DNA of 63,041 nucleotides, filler included, from Asterionella formosa (GCA_002256025.1; 9 parts of 9 records of this genome joined end to end with filler, not necessarily neighbours in it); one strand, 5' to 3'. Positions 21,420 through 34,442 are shown, counted from the whole stretch's first letter. A program made the numbers and translations. Notes: generated by a model not told the origin, from the letters alone.

Positions 21420-22703
21420 TCACAATGACGAACTTTCTACCCAATCTTTTTGTTTTGGTTCACTAAGATTGGTTGCTTTTGATGATTTGGATTCTTTGTT
21501 TGGTGGTAAATGTTTGGACATGTATTGTTTCAATTGATTCCTCATAATAGGGGTCGTTGCTTCCGACATGACTGATCTCACGGAAGGACCAGAAGCCACA
21601 GAGGAACCACCTAGTCGACGTGCCATGGGAAGGCCAAGACTAAGAGATCCGGATACAGAATCTAGATCGTCCGAACTTGTCACTGAGCCATGGTCCAATG
21701 TAAAGTGCCTGACTCTTGAAGCAGCATGTGTTGTTTCTGTCGCACTCGTACCAATTGTCGAAGGTGTGCCCGGACATTCTTGTGGAAATTGTCTGGATCG
21801 ATTCTCCCTCTTCTTTTGTGCGCCTAGTTGGATACCAGTGTCTTGTTGTACTTCGAATTCATCATCTTCGTCATCCGAAACAAGCCCAAATTGATCGTCC
21901 CCCATTTTGGCAGCCTGCGGTGTTTTCCACTGTCCAGGAACCGGGAATCCACCTGAAAGAATATTTTGGCTCGACGGAATGACATGAATATCGGCTTTCT
22001 CTAGGCAACTGACATTGACATCCAGTTCTGATGACAACGAATTTGGTGCATGTAAAATGTTCACACCGCATTGACAGCAAAAGCTATGTGCAGCAATTAC
22101 TGGCTCAACGCCGCGGCCTTTCGAAGGTACGTTGACATAGTACATGTGCAGATGATCAGTTCCTTTGAGCAACCGAAAGTTGGTTGCATTTGTTCTGGAA
22201 TGGGGAAACTGAATTTTTCCTTGCCCACGTGAGGCTCTTACTTTCTTCGGAGCTATGAGCTGCAGGTAAAAGCGACCATAGGGCACGAGGGTCAGCGACC
22301 TTTCAGAAACTGCACGAGCCAGATCAAGAATGTCTTACTCCTTTATCCTTACCTCAAACTGAATGGCCTTGCAGTGACACGATCCCCGATGGACTATCCA
22401 TTCTTGGTCCTGCCCTTCCGCCTGACTGGAGGGATACAGGTCCAACAGAATTGTCCTGAGCAATCCTTTGATGCTTGAAAATGACGACGCAGCTTCCTCC
22501 TGGCCGTCATATTTAAGAGCTTGCCCTGCCAATCTAAGTAAAGCAAGGGACAGAGCGAGAGTGGCAGCCACTCCGAGTGCTCGATCCATTGGTTGCTGAG
22601 AATTGAAGGGTGAAGGCCAAAACGCTGACCAGGGAGCAAGTGAACCTCGTTGCACCATGCCGTTATCAGATATCTTGGAGGCAGTTCTAGAGCTTATCAG
22701 CAT
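21420..22703 (-). CDS. GFA/CENP-V family zinc-binding protein with N-terminal hydrophobic helix. Exons 22703-22353 and 22259-21420.
   Basis: VHRGSCHCKAIQFE|LIAP joined across a 93-bp GT-AG phase-0 intron (22260-22352). Also AHSFCCQCGVNILH and DVNVSCLE, then a Ser-rich tail. Confidence 0.82.
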
Positions 22704-23592
22704 TACCGGTCGATAGAAGGACAGAGTACAGGACGGTAGTTGTGGGTACAACCGCGCTATCTCCGATTCACATACATTTGAGATTATGATCCTCACGTTG
22801 AAGCGTTTAACATGTAGGAGTAGTACATGTATTATTGAATAAACTCTTTTTGGCTGCTTAAAAATTATGCATGTCTCACCGTAAAGAACACCCATGCAAA
22901 ATAAACTGGTAGCTGCTTGCGTGCCCCCGCCCTGGTACATAACTGCATCATCTGTAACATCATACCGGCATGTTGTATCAGCATGACTACAGTACCAGGT
23001 ACCGGTAGATTGAAAAAATAAAATAAGCAAACGTCAACATTGAATATACAACTACACTCATGAGTATTGTGTATGTTTTCTTACAAATGTGGTGGACGAA
23101 TGATTGGCCACACAATTCATGCATGCATGCATGTGATCACCGACGTGTGCATCCCGAACCTGGGTGTATAGTCTTACAAAACCAACTGCCGGCCGTTTGA
23201 CTTCAGCCTGATGCTGAAGGTCCCCCGGCGTGATATGATTCGCCGCTCGCTGCTCCAAATGTGTACCCGGTAACTACACTGGCACCGGTCCTCCAAACTC
23301 CAAACTATGAATATACTAGTACCGCTACCTGTATGTATATACCTGAATATTAATTCCGTCCTTAAATTGTCCTCGGAGGACACCAGTTATGCGGGTACGC
23401 TTTCATGAATGAGTCTATGCACATACTGTATAACTGAATGCACAAGTTCTGTGGCACCAGTACCAACGTGTACTGCTAGTTGATGATAGCTAAATGGATA
23501 TAATTTTGATGATTTGCTGTAGTATACATATGGTGTATTTATTCCTTCTACCACTGTGGATGAGGACCACGTTGTGTAGCTCCTGGTACCAG

Positions 23593-23682
23593 CAAGTTGC
23601 GGTCATTTTGCTTAAACTAATATTTCAATCTGGAATGAAAGTAGCTAAATCTTTAGTTTTTCAGCAAATTTATCTTAACTTG
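23593..23682. mobile_element. 88-bp MITE family copy 2, CAG target duplication
   Basis: CAG|CAAGTTGCGGTCATTTTGCT...TAACTTG|CAG. Confidence 0.9.
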
Positions 23683-24108
23683 CAGGTACTCCTTATGGTG
23701 CTGGACCTGGTAGTCACTGCCAGTATGTTCGGCTATATAAACTTGACCACAGAAAACGCGCATAAAGCCCCCCCTTTAGGAGACAACCAGTAACCCATGT
23801 ACACGTACCAGTTCTTCGAGCAATTTACAAAACTTAGTATGTAGCGGTATGTAGGGAGCTTGACCTGAGACTTTTTTAAGACGTGCCGCTGCTACTTGCG
23901 AGAGTGGTATAATACTGCTGCTTTCATATCATTATCACGGTCATTTTTTGCAGATGATATGTAACTCTGCAAGGAGACATTAATGGAACTTTCAGGCTCG
24001 TCCCTGCTACTTTTACTAGCTACTCCCCTACCGTATTAGCCTGCCGACGAGCAACACTAACAACGAACAATTTTGCTCGATCCTCAAGGCCTCCAAAGAA
24101 AAAACACA

Positions 24109-25593
24109 ATGACAAAGGAGAGTGCCAAATCCATCCAGACTATTGGGAAAAACTCGAAAACCACTGCAAGTCCCTCGAATCTGCTGATTCGGTCGTTCTC
24201 GAGAATGAAAGCTGGTCTAGGATTAATTGTAGTTATTTTCATGGTCGCACATCTTTACTACAATAATCCCATGACAATGGACTCTGATCTCGAGCTGATA
24301 GCGGATAGTAACTTTTCCAAAACCGTAACGAATGCACCAACGCCAAAGGAATACCAAAAAGAGTCACCAATAAAGGCCACAATCGCATATGCAACGTCTA
24401 TCACAAAATGCTCGGAAAGCAGTGTCATTATGGACCAAGCAGCAATCTTAATGTACTCTATTCACAAGTCTTCGGTTAGAGTACCGCAGTCTGGAAGCAA
24501 ATATGACTACGATCTTTATGTCTTTCTGCATCCAGACGCTGCCGAGTGCAAGGAGAAACTTGAAAGAATTGGTTGGACTGTTTTGATGAAAGAGAGCCCC
24601 ATCGAAGTGGAAGATATTCGAGGCGAACTGAAAAATCATGTACGGACTGCTTCTTGTTGCGGTGAGAAGGAGTTTCTCAAGCTTTACTCGTATACTCTTA
24701 CGAACTATCCTGTCGTCGTTCATTTTGATCTGGATGTTATCATGTTGCAGCCTTTGGATGAGCTGTACGATAGCATGATCGATGGCCCGTCATCTCCCTC
24801 GCGCTCTCGAGTCACAGCCATGTGGCAATCAGAACCTGAATTCCCAAGAGAGATTGAAGCGTTCTTCACGAGAGACTACAACATGGTGAATCCTGGAAGT
24901 CGGAAACCGCACCAGATTGGTGTGCAGGGAGGCTTCATAATAGTCAAACCCAATCCAAACTATTTTGAGGAGTATGTGCAAATTATTCTGGAAGGAAATT
25001 ATACAGTTGGCAATGGCTGGGGTGATAAGCTTGCATATGGAGGGTTTTATGGAGCTGCTCAGATACAAGGGCTTTGCAGCTACTTTTTTGGACATGTGCG
25101 ACCTGGCACAGCCCTCGAACTAAACCGATGTGTGTATAATTCCATGGTTGACAATCCCTTTGCGGATGAACCAGGATATGGGGGTCTTTGTCGAACGACA
25201 CAGCCGGTCGACCAATGCGAAGACTGTCGCCTAACAAATTACTCACTTATTAAGACGGCACACTTGACTGTTTGTCAAAAGCCTTGGTGGTGTGTTGGGT
25301 ACAAAGCACATACTAAGGAACATAAGAGCGTCTGGTTGGAATTGCATTACTTATGTATGAAAATGCATCATGCATGGTACAAGACCAGGAAAGAGTTGGA
25401 GTTTGCATGGTCAAGTCAAGACACTGAATACAGGCGTAGTACGGAAAATGCGACAAAGACTTTAGCGTTGCTGTATCCAGAGATGATAAAAACGACGACT
25501 CTTGGCTTCTGTGCAGGCGGGGGCGAAAAAGATTACTTTCGCATGGAATTTCCCAAGAAACCTATCAACCTTAAGGTAAACGCCCGGCTATAA
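24109..25593 (+). CDS. Glycosyltransferase family 8 (glycogenin-like) type II membrane protein
   Basis: First ATG at 24109. TM helix AGLGLIVVIFMVAHLYY, GT8 motif EFLKLYSYTLTNYPVVVHFDLDVIMLQPLDELYD (DxD), QGGFIIVKP and HLTVCQKPW. Confidence 0.9.
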   Translation: MTKESAKSIQTIGKNSKTTASPSNLLIRSFSRMKAGLGLIVVIFMVAHLYYNNPMTMDSDLELIADSNFSKTVTNAPTPKEYQKESPIKATIAYATSITKCSESSVIMDQAAILMYSIHKSSVRVPQSGSKYDYDLYVFLHPDAAECKEKLERIGWTVLMKESPIEVEDIRGELKNHVRTASCCGEKEFLKLYSYTLTNYPVVVHFDLDVIMLQPLDELYDSMIDGPSSPSRSRVTAMWQSEPEFPREIEAFFTRDYNMVNPGSRKPHQIGVQGGFIIVKPNPNYFEEYVQIILEGNYTVGNGWGDKLAYGGFYGAAQIQGLCSYFFGHVRPGTALELNRCVYNSMVDNPFADEPGYGGLCRTTQPVDQCEDCRLTNYSLIKTAHLTVCQKPWWCVGYKAHTKEHKSVWLELHYLCMKMHHAWYKTRKELEFAWSSQDTEYRRSTENATKTLALLYPEMIKTTTLGFCAGGGEKDYFRMEFPKKPINLKVNARL

Positions 25594-26016
25594 ACTCACT
25601 CTAGCCACTGAGACGTATCTTGTAAATACCGTAAAAGGGAAGTACTAATTATTGCAGTATGCATGAACGAAAAATAGTTAGAGGTTACGGAATTGACAGG
25701 GTGAGAAATGGACATGACAATCACCTCCATTCGGTGCTTCATGCAACGAAGGAGTCACACTCATTGTGGAAAGCATCTCAAATTCTTCCATTGGAAGGGT
25801 GATCCTGCACGTCGCCCTAGAAACCATGAAGCTTGTGTCAATCCAGCACAGTTGCTTCAACGCTCTAGCAACATTTGGCTTATTCCAACCAGAAGCAGAA
25901 GTATCTGCCAGTTTTTCCTTGGTGTTGAGAAAGTAGCTGGACGATGTACGGCTTCCCACTGGTACCTCGTTGCATTGTTGCCTGATTGAACAATATTGAA
26001 CCATGGAGGGATTACA

Positions 26017-28089
26017 CTATCTCTTCACTTCCTGCAGTGCTAACATCACGTCCTCCAACGTTATTAAAAGATTGTCAACTCCAGCCCCATCTAATCTTGC
26101 TCGCGACAGTGCCAGGGATCCTGAACACCTTACCAATCCAGCCAGGTCGGCACCCGAAAATCCACCAGTCCATCTCGCTATTGCCAAATCGTTCACTCTG
26201 CGACTCGAAAAAGTAGCGCCCGCCCGTGAAAATTTCCAGAATGATTTTTGTTCCTCGTCTATCTCAGGAACCATACGAACGCCATCGATAGCTTGACACA
26301 GTGGTCTGCTTAGTCTCCCCTTCCGTCGAAGCGCTTCAAAGTGGATTTGGAGAATTTCGCGTCTCCCGGACTGATTCGGCAATGGAATTTCGACTTGAAC
26401 TTCCAATCTTCCTGGTCGAACCAGCGCGTCGTCAAGCAACTCTTTTCTGTTTGTCATACCGATGAATAGGACGTTTCCAAGAGAGTTGACACCATCGAGC
26501 TTTGAAAGGATTTGATTCACAGCAGATGCGCGAGTAACTTCTCCACTGTCTTCTGCTGATGAACGCTTCTTGAAGACGGCGTCAATCTCATCGATGACAA
26601 TCACATGTAGTGCCGACTTGCTTGCATCTCCATTGCATTGTCTCAATTCTGACTCAGCATCTGCGAAGAGTTCACGAACTAATTTTTCGCTCCCTCCAAC
26701 CCAACGATCTAGAAGCTCTGGGGCGGCGACAATTTTAGGCGGTCGAGCATCAAGGGCTTTGGATATCTCTCGGGCAAGTGCTGTTTTTCTTATGGAACGG
26801 CGGAGGGGTAATTTTAGTGACAAATAGTCCTGGCCATTTATGATATCCTGGCTGTTTGATTATTTGACTTACCCACATCCCGGGGGGCCATATAAAAGAA
26901 GTCCTTTAACTGGCTGTAAACCCAAGGACAGCAGTGCTTCGGCTTCGTTCACTCGTTGAATGCTCCATTCGTCGTTGCCCAACTCGCTCACTGGTCGAAT
27001 GACTCGACCATCCAGAACACGCCGAACAATTTCCTCGATCTGAGGCTGCAAACCACCGACAGTGGATTTAAAGGTCGTTTCCAGATGTTCAACCCGATTT
27101 TCTTTAAGTACCTTTAGATTTGTTTCTTCCAAAACGTCCACTTGGCTCTTTGTATTTTTCACATCACTTTCATCTTGCCATTCAGCGAAGTTAAGCATCC
27201 GATAGGGGCTCCATTGAAATTTCGATATTGCCATTTCTTCGCCTTCGAGGAGAGGAGCAGAAAGTCCGTAGGGCAGGAGTAGTATCTCGAGAAACGCGCA
27301 TGGTCCCATGTCAACAGCTTCAAACGTTCGTTCTGGACCCCCGTATTGCAACCAAGACTTGATCCCTTTTTCGTAAATGAGAGTTCGATCACCGGCTTTC
27401 CTTTTATTTGTCCCTCCCCCAATAAACCGATAGCGGGAAACACCTCCAAAAAGCAGCTTCCCAAAAGCCATTGCACCAGCAGGTGTCCGTATTGGATGAA
27501 GCAATTCTTTACCCGATGGTAATATCATTATTCTGCAAGCCACACGTTCAAGGAACTCGTTTCGTCCGCTCTTGATCCATGCCAACGTCTCATCCTTTAT
27601 AGTTTCATTCACTGCTTGTCTAAGTTCTTGTGTAAGCTCTATCACGATCGGACATGGCGCTTTCTTCATCCACTGCGTCCACCGTTGTGCTTCGTCACGT
27701 TCCTCCAATAAATAAATGTCGTTATTAGTAGGGTTAGCATCAGGAGAGATGGGCGTCGAAAGCATCAGTTTGTCAATACACTTTTGCAGTGTAAAGGAGG
27801 CCTTTTCGTCCACCCAGCTAGTCCAACCAGTAGACGCACCATCCAAGCCAGTATCTCGCTTTCTATCACTCATGACGAGACAATGAGCCATGTTGCCAGC
27901 CAAAATTTCAAAGGCAGTTGTGTCTCTGACCCCATTCAAGGCTGTTCGTGTCGTTGGCTTGCATGTTTTCTGTCTCAAATAATGTTCATGAGAGGAACAA
28001 CGCTTTTTATTGCTTGTTGTCAACGACTGAACAGCAACCCCCAAACGCAGTACGGTTAGGAGTACACAATACACCCTCAGTAATGCCAT
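26017..28089 (-). CDS. NSF/Sec18-like AAA+ ATPase with a single D1-type AAA module and N-terminal signal peptide. Exons 28089-26873 and 26788-26017 (about 662 aa).
   Basis: Splicing an 84-bp GT-AG intron (26789-26872) restores [18 protein letters not shown]. Walker [13 protein letters not shown] and [24 protein letters not shown] follow NSF D1 closely. Confidence 0.9.
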
Positions 28090-28478
28090 GATTGTCCACT
28101 CCTTATTTATTTAATCGCCTCCCAGAAATCAATGCATGTGGTGTTTCAATACTTGGCTGTACCGGATATCATTTTATTATATCATGTAACAAGGGTGATA
28201 TATCGCTAACCATATAGTCTAGATACCGGGATATTAAATCCTCGGCATACATAATATTCCACAAATGGAGTCAAGGAGCAAAACTTTTTTCGTTAAGTAC
28301 CTGGTACATACGTAATAATAGAATGGTTGTAGATTTTTCTTTTGTACAAGTACGTAGTACTCGGAGTACCGACCGGTAGTAGTACTGTATAATTATTTCC
28401 TTTGACATTCTCATTTACCCTTGCCTTGGCCGACCTTCTTGGTCACTTTCCTCCTTTTCTTCCATCATACAGACAGTG

Positions 28479-29339
28479 ATGAGATTGTACCAGCTTCTGT
28501 TAATAAATCCTTGGGCATTGGCGTCAGCATTTTGTTTCCTAAGCACCACTTCTCATCGATCGCCCCAACTCTTTTCCTCGTTATCGTCTGGCGACAAAGT
28601 TTTGGTTGTGGGCGGCACAGGAGGGGTCGGTCAACTCGTCACCAAGAAATTGCTTGCTAGTGGATTTGGAGTTCGTGTTACTTCACGTAATGTCGAAAAA
28701 GGCGAGGCAACACTGGACGACGACCGCGTGCAAGTCACTTCTTTGGATTTGATAAGGGACGACATATCCGCAATGACGCAAGCCATGCAAGATATGGACG
28801 CTGTCGTAATATCGGTTGGTACAACAGCGTTTCCTACCATGAAATGGAAGGATGGGAATACACCCGAAGCGATCGATCAAGTGGCGGTCACGAAACTAGC
28901 TCGAGCTGCAAAATCGGCAGGTCTCAAGAAAATTATTCTTGTAACCTCGGTGGGGGTTGAGCGCACTAAGGAAATGCCTTTCTTGATGTTGAATTTGTTC
29001 GGAGTGTTGGACGCGAAAAAGGCCGGTGAAGAGGCTGTTGAAGCAAGTGGATTAGACTATGCGATTGTTAGACCTGGACGGTTGGTTGGTGGGCCCTACA
29101 CCAATTTGGATTTTGCAAAGTTACTGCAAATTGAAGGTGGAGCGGAAAATGGTGTTTCTATCGAGGTTGGCGATTCACTTTTGGGTGACACCAAGCGTGA
29201 TGCTGTTGCAGAAGCTATCATGCAAGCTTTGTTAAAGGAAGAATGCTCAAATATAGCATTCAGTATTATTTCAAATGAGGGACGGGCTTTGACAACTGAC
29301 GAGTGGACCAGCGAATTTTCCAGAATGGCAGCAAGGTAA
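28479..29339 (+). CDS. Plastid-targeted NAD(P)-binding Rossmann-fold protein (atypical SDR, TIC62/NmrA-like)
   Basis: Signal peptide ending ASA-FC. VLVVGGTGGVGQ dinucleotide-binding motif, IILVTSVGV and YAIVRPGRL. Single exon. Confidence 0.92.
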   Translation: MRLYQLLLINPWALASAFCFLSTTSHRSPQLFSSLSSGDKVLVVGGTGGVGQLVTKKLLASGFGVRVTSRNVEKGEATLDDDRVQVTSLDLIRDDISAMTQAMQDMDAVVISVGTTAFPTMKWKDGNTPEAIDQVAVTKLARAAKSAGLKKIILVTSVGVERTKEMPFLMLNLFGVLDAKKAGEEAVEASGLDYAIVRPGRLVGGPYTNLDFAKLLQIEGGAENGVSIEVGDSLLGDTKRDAVAEAIMQALLKEECSNIAFSIISNEGRALTTDEWTSEFSRMAAR

Positions 29340-30653
29340 TCAACAAAGGTAGCTAAAGTTACCCTTAATTGAAGCCCTCTTTACTTTAATCCTCTTACTA
29401 CATGATTGCACGAGCCAATCTTGATTCCAAAGGAGCAATGCTAGCAGTGGATCTCATCATTGATCTTGGCATTTGCCCTTTACCACCTGGTTATTCTTTG
29501 GGACTACCAGTAATTCCATTGGGTGTCATCTAAACGGTTGGTTTCAGTGCTGGCAACCCATGCTATTGTTGTTTTGCCAGCTTGTGTTGTAACATGATTG
29601 TATCAACATGTTTCAGTAGTCAATTGAGGTTTACATTGGTTTTGAATATGGCTTAAAAAGACAAATGTAATTCATTACTCCAGCCCTGTGTCAGCTGATA
29701 TTCCTCATTTAAGTCCAATGTCAGTCTAGTACAGCTAACCTGCCAAAGGGTGGAGTACATAAGCAATGAAATCTGCAACTATGCTACTACCAGGTGATGT
29801 TTTATCACCTGTTGCAAGGTTGGGCAGATTTTGCCACCCCAAGCAAGTGGTGATTGGGAAAACCAAGTAACATAATATACATTGAAGACACTGTTATAGC
29901 CTTTTTTAAAGCAACAGATTTGTGCTACTTTTTTGGAATTTATTTGGGTCGAACCTAAATTTATGACTTCTAAAATGAAATCTATTTCACTAATTGAATA
30001 ATTATGTGTGTTTGTGACAATATTCAGTTGAAACTATTTTAAGTCACTCCTATCATATAAATTATATGATGCATCACATTTATATTTGATGCATGTCATA
30101 CCATTGAATTATGAACATATCCGAATTCATCATAGTGGGCCACCCAATTTATTAATTTGGGTGATCATGTGTGACAGCGTTTTTTCTGGTGGCTGAACCA
30201 ATAATCATCATTGTAGATATAGCAGTAAATATTGCTAAGTAAAATTGCGAAATTAATCAGGAATTTGTCCACCACCATCATTACCTGGACCCATCCCAGA
30301 GGTATCTTTTCTTTCCAAGCTCTGTAATCCAGCTAATGGTGTTATTGCAGCTGCATTCAGTCACTGAATAGCAAAAGGTGTGTTTCAGATCAACTTAATT
30401 GACCTCATGATAGGCAGCATCATACTCTCGACAAACAACTGCACACCTTCATCTCTTAAGGAGGAGGACTCTCATCCTGCAGAAGCAGATTATCATGAAG
30501 AAGATGCATTGCATTTACTTCGATCAATTGGAAGCACAAAATTTGATGATCTATCAAATCAAAATTATTATTAGACATCTTCAATCATACTAGTGTTTGT
30601 GTATTTTTTGAAACGTTTTAGCATTTTGTCCAGGTAAAGTTATGCAAGTCCCT

Positions 30654-33312
30654 TTATACTTGTAAACGTTTGATCACCCTTATCAGTGTCCGTTGTGTCA
30701 ATTCCTTAGTGATCTCATCCAAGCGAGCTCGCTCACTTCCATCCAAGCTGGCGATTGCATCAGTCAGTGATACTTCTAGATCTGATTTGGAGGAACCTCG
30801 AACAGAGGATAGGATACTGCCAACAAAACGAGTCACCTGTTGAGTCACTTCATCACTCATCAAGTTGTTTTGTCCAAGAGCACCTGATCGAATGGCACCC
30901 AATATGAGTTCTCCAGTTTTCAAGCTAAAGACGCTATCTCCCCGAATAAAATCAGCCACGTCTTCACCAAAGAACTCTTTTGCAGCTTCTGCCAATCCAA
31001 TCGCGTAAATCTCGTCATCTTGGTTTAGCTTGGGAGCAACTCTTGCCGTAAACTCTTTTAATGTCAGTATTTCGACCGACGGAATGCTTATCTCGCCATC
31101 TGCTCCAAGAGTCGGTATCAGCAGCGGCAAGGGAATTTCATCAAGCTTTGGAGATGCAGGGAAAATGTCACCAAGAAATGGTATTGACGGTGGCCTCGGT
31201 GGAGTCAAAGCAACAACAGCCTCACTAACGGCTTTTCTGATAATCTGTCTGCTCAAGATGTCAGTAATTGAATCAACTTCGCTCTCTAGCAAAGAACGAA
31301 GAGATACAGCCTTGTCCGAAAGTAGAAATTTCAGGCCGTCAGCAAAGCTTAATCCATCCTCGGGAACACCATCCAAATCCACAAAGGAAGCTCCCTCCTT
31401 TGTGACAACTGCACCTGCTGCATTGTTCAATAGAGCTATTAATCTTGAGAACTTCAGGTCGCGTCCACCATCCCCACTAAAAAGTACCTGCTGCAGTGCC
31501 TGCTGAATTTCAGGTCTATCTTCTCTCAACAATTTCCGGGCTATGAATGGGTATGCCTCCATAATGAGCCCATACTCAGGGTTTCCAGTCAATGCAACTC
31601 CTTCCAGGGTAATAATAGCTCTCCCAAGGATTGCAAAATAGGGAGGGATGCTGAAAGGAATGTCATTCAGGACAGTCAACGCGTCTTGTGTCATCGCCTG
31701 AAAGCCTCCAACCTGTGACTGCATATTGCCATCCTCCATGCTGTACATTTTCTTCACTTCTTCTTCATATCTCTTAGCTCCGCCTCCCTTTACATATGGA
31801 CTAAGTGCCTTGTCCATGAGTGGAATAACCGCAGCCCGATCCGAGTCGGGAGGCAAAATATTCAGCTTCATGAAATCGTCAACTAACGAAGGGTAATCCT
31901 TGTTTGCCAGATGAATAACTGCTGATATCATATTATCACGGTCAGTTGCATCAATTTGAGCCATGAGGCCGCAATCGATCAATGCAAGCTTGTAGCCCTC
32001 AGCGGTGGGTTCGTTCAATCGTAAGAGGTTCCCTAATAAGAGCAACAAAAAATGTGAATGGCCAAAGACAATCAGTGACGAGTTCACTTGAAATTGAATA
32101 CTTACCGGGATGAGGGTCTGCGTGAAAGAAACCAACTTCAAAAAGCTGAGTCAAGAATGCTTCCTGCGCAATGGGTGTCAATTCAGCAATTTGATCTGTG
32201 GTGCAGTCGCTAAGCTTTTTTCCGTCGATCCATTCGGAGACCAGAATGCGTCTAGTACAAAGTTCGTCATACACGGCGGGGACCATTACTCCTGGGACTT
32301 TCTTTTCCTTTAAAAAATTTCTTAGGTTGCGTTGGTTGGTTGCTTCATTTTTGAAATCCAGCTCAGTGTAGAATCCAATAGCCCATTCATTCAACAAAGC
32401 AACATAGTTTGTTCGCTGTTGTGGAGCGAAACGCTCGACTAATCCTTGAAATACTTCTGCCGCTCGTCTTAAGACGTACAAATCCTTGGAAACTGTGCCA
32501 AGGACATCGGGTCGTTGCACCTTGACAGCAACCTTGGTGTCCTTACCGTCAGCAAGAGTAGCCAAGTAAACTTGTGCCAGCGATGCCGCAGCCACTGGCT
32601 CCTCCGAAATGGACGTAAAGAATTGTCCCAAAGGTCCTCCTAACTCTCGCTCAATCACTTCAACAGCAATCTTAGTTTCAAACGGAACGACCGAATCTTG
32701 CAGTTTCGTGAGCTCGTCCAATGTGGCCTGAGGCAAGACATCCGGTCTGACACTCATCATTTGACCTGCTTTGATAAAGGTTGGGCCTAAATCTTGCAAG
32801 TCCTCTCGAGCTTGCTTAGAAAGTTGTGGGATTTCTTTATCTGAAATCTTTCCATCTCTGATAAAAAGTGTAATCATTTTGGTAAAAAACGGAACCGCCT
32901 TGCCGACGAAGTATCCCCATCTCCTGTTGAGCGCGCCCTGTTCCTTGGACCAATATCGTTCAATCAATATCTTATCATAAATCAAAGGAAGGCCTTCTTC
33001 GTCTAGCGCATTATTTGCCAAGTCAGATCGATCCAGAGAGATGTATGACTTGGTAACATCTGGAGCTTCGAGTGTCTTCATGGAAACGGCAGCATTGACG
33101 GCTGCTGTGGCCATGGCAGCGGCAGATGCGGCGCCAGAATTGGTAATTCTGTCTCGGAACGAGAGTGTCGGTTCATCCTTTTTTTTCGTTTCATCCAAAG
33201 TGGACGCAGCTAAGCGGCTGTGTGTGCGACAGGGAACGACATTGGGCGCAAACGCCGACGTGCTTCCAACCAACAACAAGGGGAGTGTGGTGGCAATGGA
33301 ATTAATTCTCAT
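30654..33312 (-). CDS. Plastid ABC1/UbiB atypical protein kinase (ABC1K family). Exons 33312-32106 and 32032-30654 (about 861 aa).
   Basis: Signal peptide ending TSA-FAP. Motifs LGPTFIKAGQ, PVAAASLAQVY, VAVKVQRP, ELDF, FHADPHPG|NL across a 73-bp GT-AG intron (32033-32105), and LIDCGLM. Confidence 0.95.
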
Positions 33313-34201
33313 TCTTGGTCCTATATTGCTGCCTCAAAGTTAATTTTGTGCCCGAAGCAAGAAAATGTTGCAGAAATGTGTTAAAAGGAATGCGAACACT
33401 GTGTACTTATTGTGTGTCAGTCCTGATGATGATGCCGAGCAAAAGTCGAGAGTACGACAGCTATACTTCGTTTTGTTAGCTTCAAATATCTATTCCTTTT
33501 TCTGTGCTGGTCGCATCTTTTCCTAACTCTTCGTATTTTGTGACCACGTCGACACAATTTTACTCTCGTCACCATCATCATCTATGTGGAAAGGCAGTTG
33601 CGGCGGCGGCGCTGCCTCGTCATCAAACAGCCCTCATGTCTATAGATGGCGGGGGTCGCATACTACCAGGTACCGGTAGACGAAAAAGCAGGACCTGGTA
33701 TCTGCTTGTAGGGACCATCCAGTAGAAATACATGGTGGCATTTTTATAGGTATCATGCTTACGGTAGTATACCGGTACAAGTATTCTTGTTTAAGAAACT
33801 TTCCTGGCGCTCGTTTCCCTAGCATGGTATGTTATATCATGTAAAACCATGATCATTTCCCGCACGATGGTACGGGTTTACGTTACTGAATCACTGGAAT
33901 TATATATGAATACGGTGTGCTGGTGGATACATTTGCCGTAGTACCGGTAATGGTTTTCTTGTCATTTAACGTTTCCTACTCCAAATATTGGTTCTGGTAT
34001 AGGAAATCGGAACACATCGGTGCATACCTAGTAAGGTACGTTTGCTTCATTACCAGAAGAATACGGACTATTTTAGAGTCTTATGCTACCTAAACGTATT
34101 ACCCGTAGTGTTGCAAGCCACTCCGCCCTGGCTGATTCCCGTCTCGGCTGCTGTGGTGTCTTATGTACGTTATGCATGCAGCATCAGTTAACACTACCTT
34201 G

Positions 34202-34289
34202 CAAGTTGCGGTCATTTTGCTTAAACTAACATTTCAATGCGGGATAAAGATAGCTAAATCTTTGGTTTCAGCGAAATTTCCGCAACTTG
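34202..34289. mobile_element. 88-bp MITE family copy 3
   Basis: TTG|CAAGTTGCGGTCATTTTGCT...AGCGAAATTTCCGCAACTTG|CTG. Confidence 0.9.
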
Positions 34290-34304
34290 CTGGTACCAGA
34301 GGAA

Positions 34305-34373
34305 CAAGCTGCGGTAAAAGACGGTTTATATTATATAGGAAACATAGCTAAAGTTCTCTTTAAACTCAACTTG
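34305..34373. mobile_element. Degenerate shorter relative of the 88-bp MITE
   Basis: CAAGCTGCGGTAA...ATAGCTAAAGTT...CAACTTG|CTG. Confidence 0.55.
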
Positions 34374-34442
34374 CTGTAGCAAAGCAACCCCAACACCACT
34401 ACAGTATCTGGTGACTGCGTATACCGGTACCTGTAACTCCTG

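Noticed and set aside
29340..30650. Gene or defined TE between the NAD(P)-binding and ABC1K genes
   Set aside because: CpG-poor decayed sequence with no recognisable motif or paired termini.
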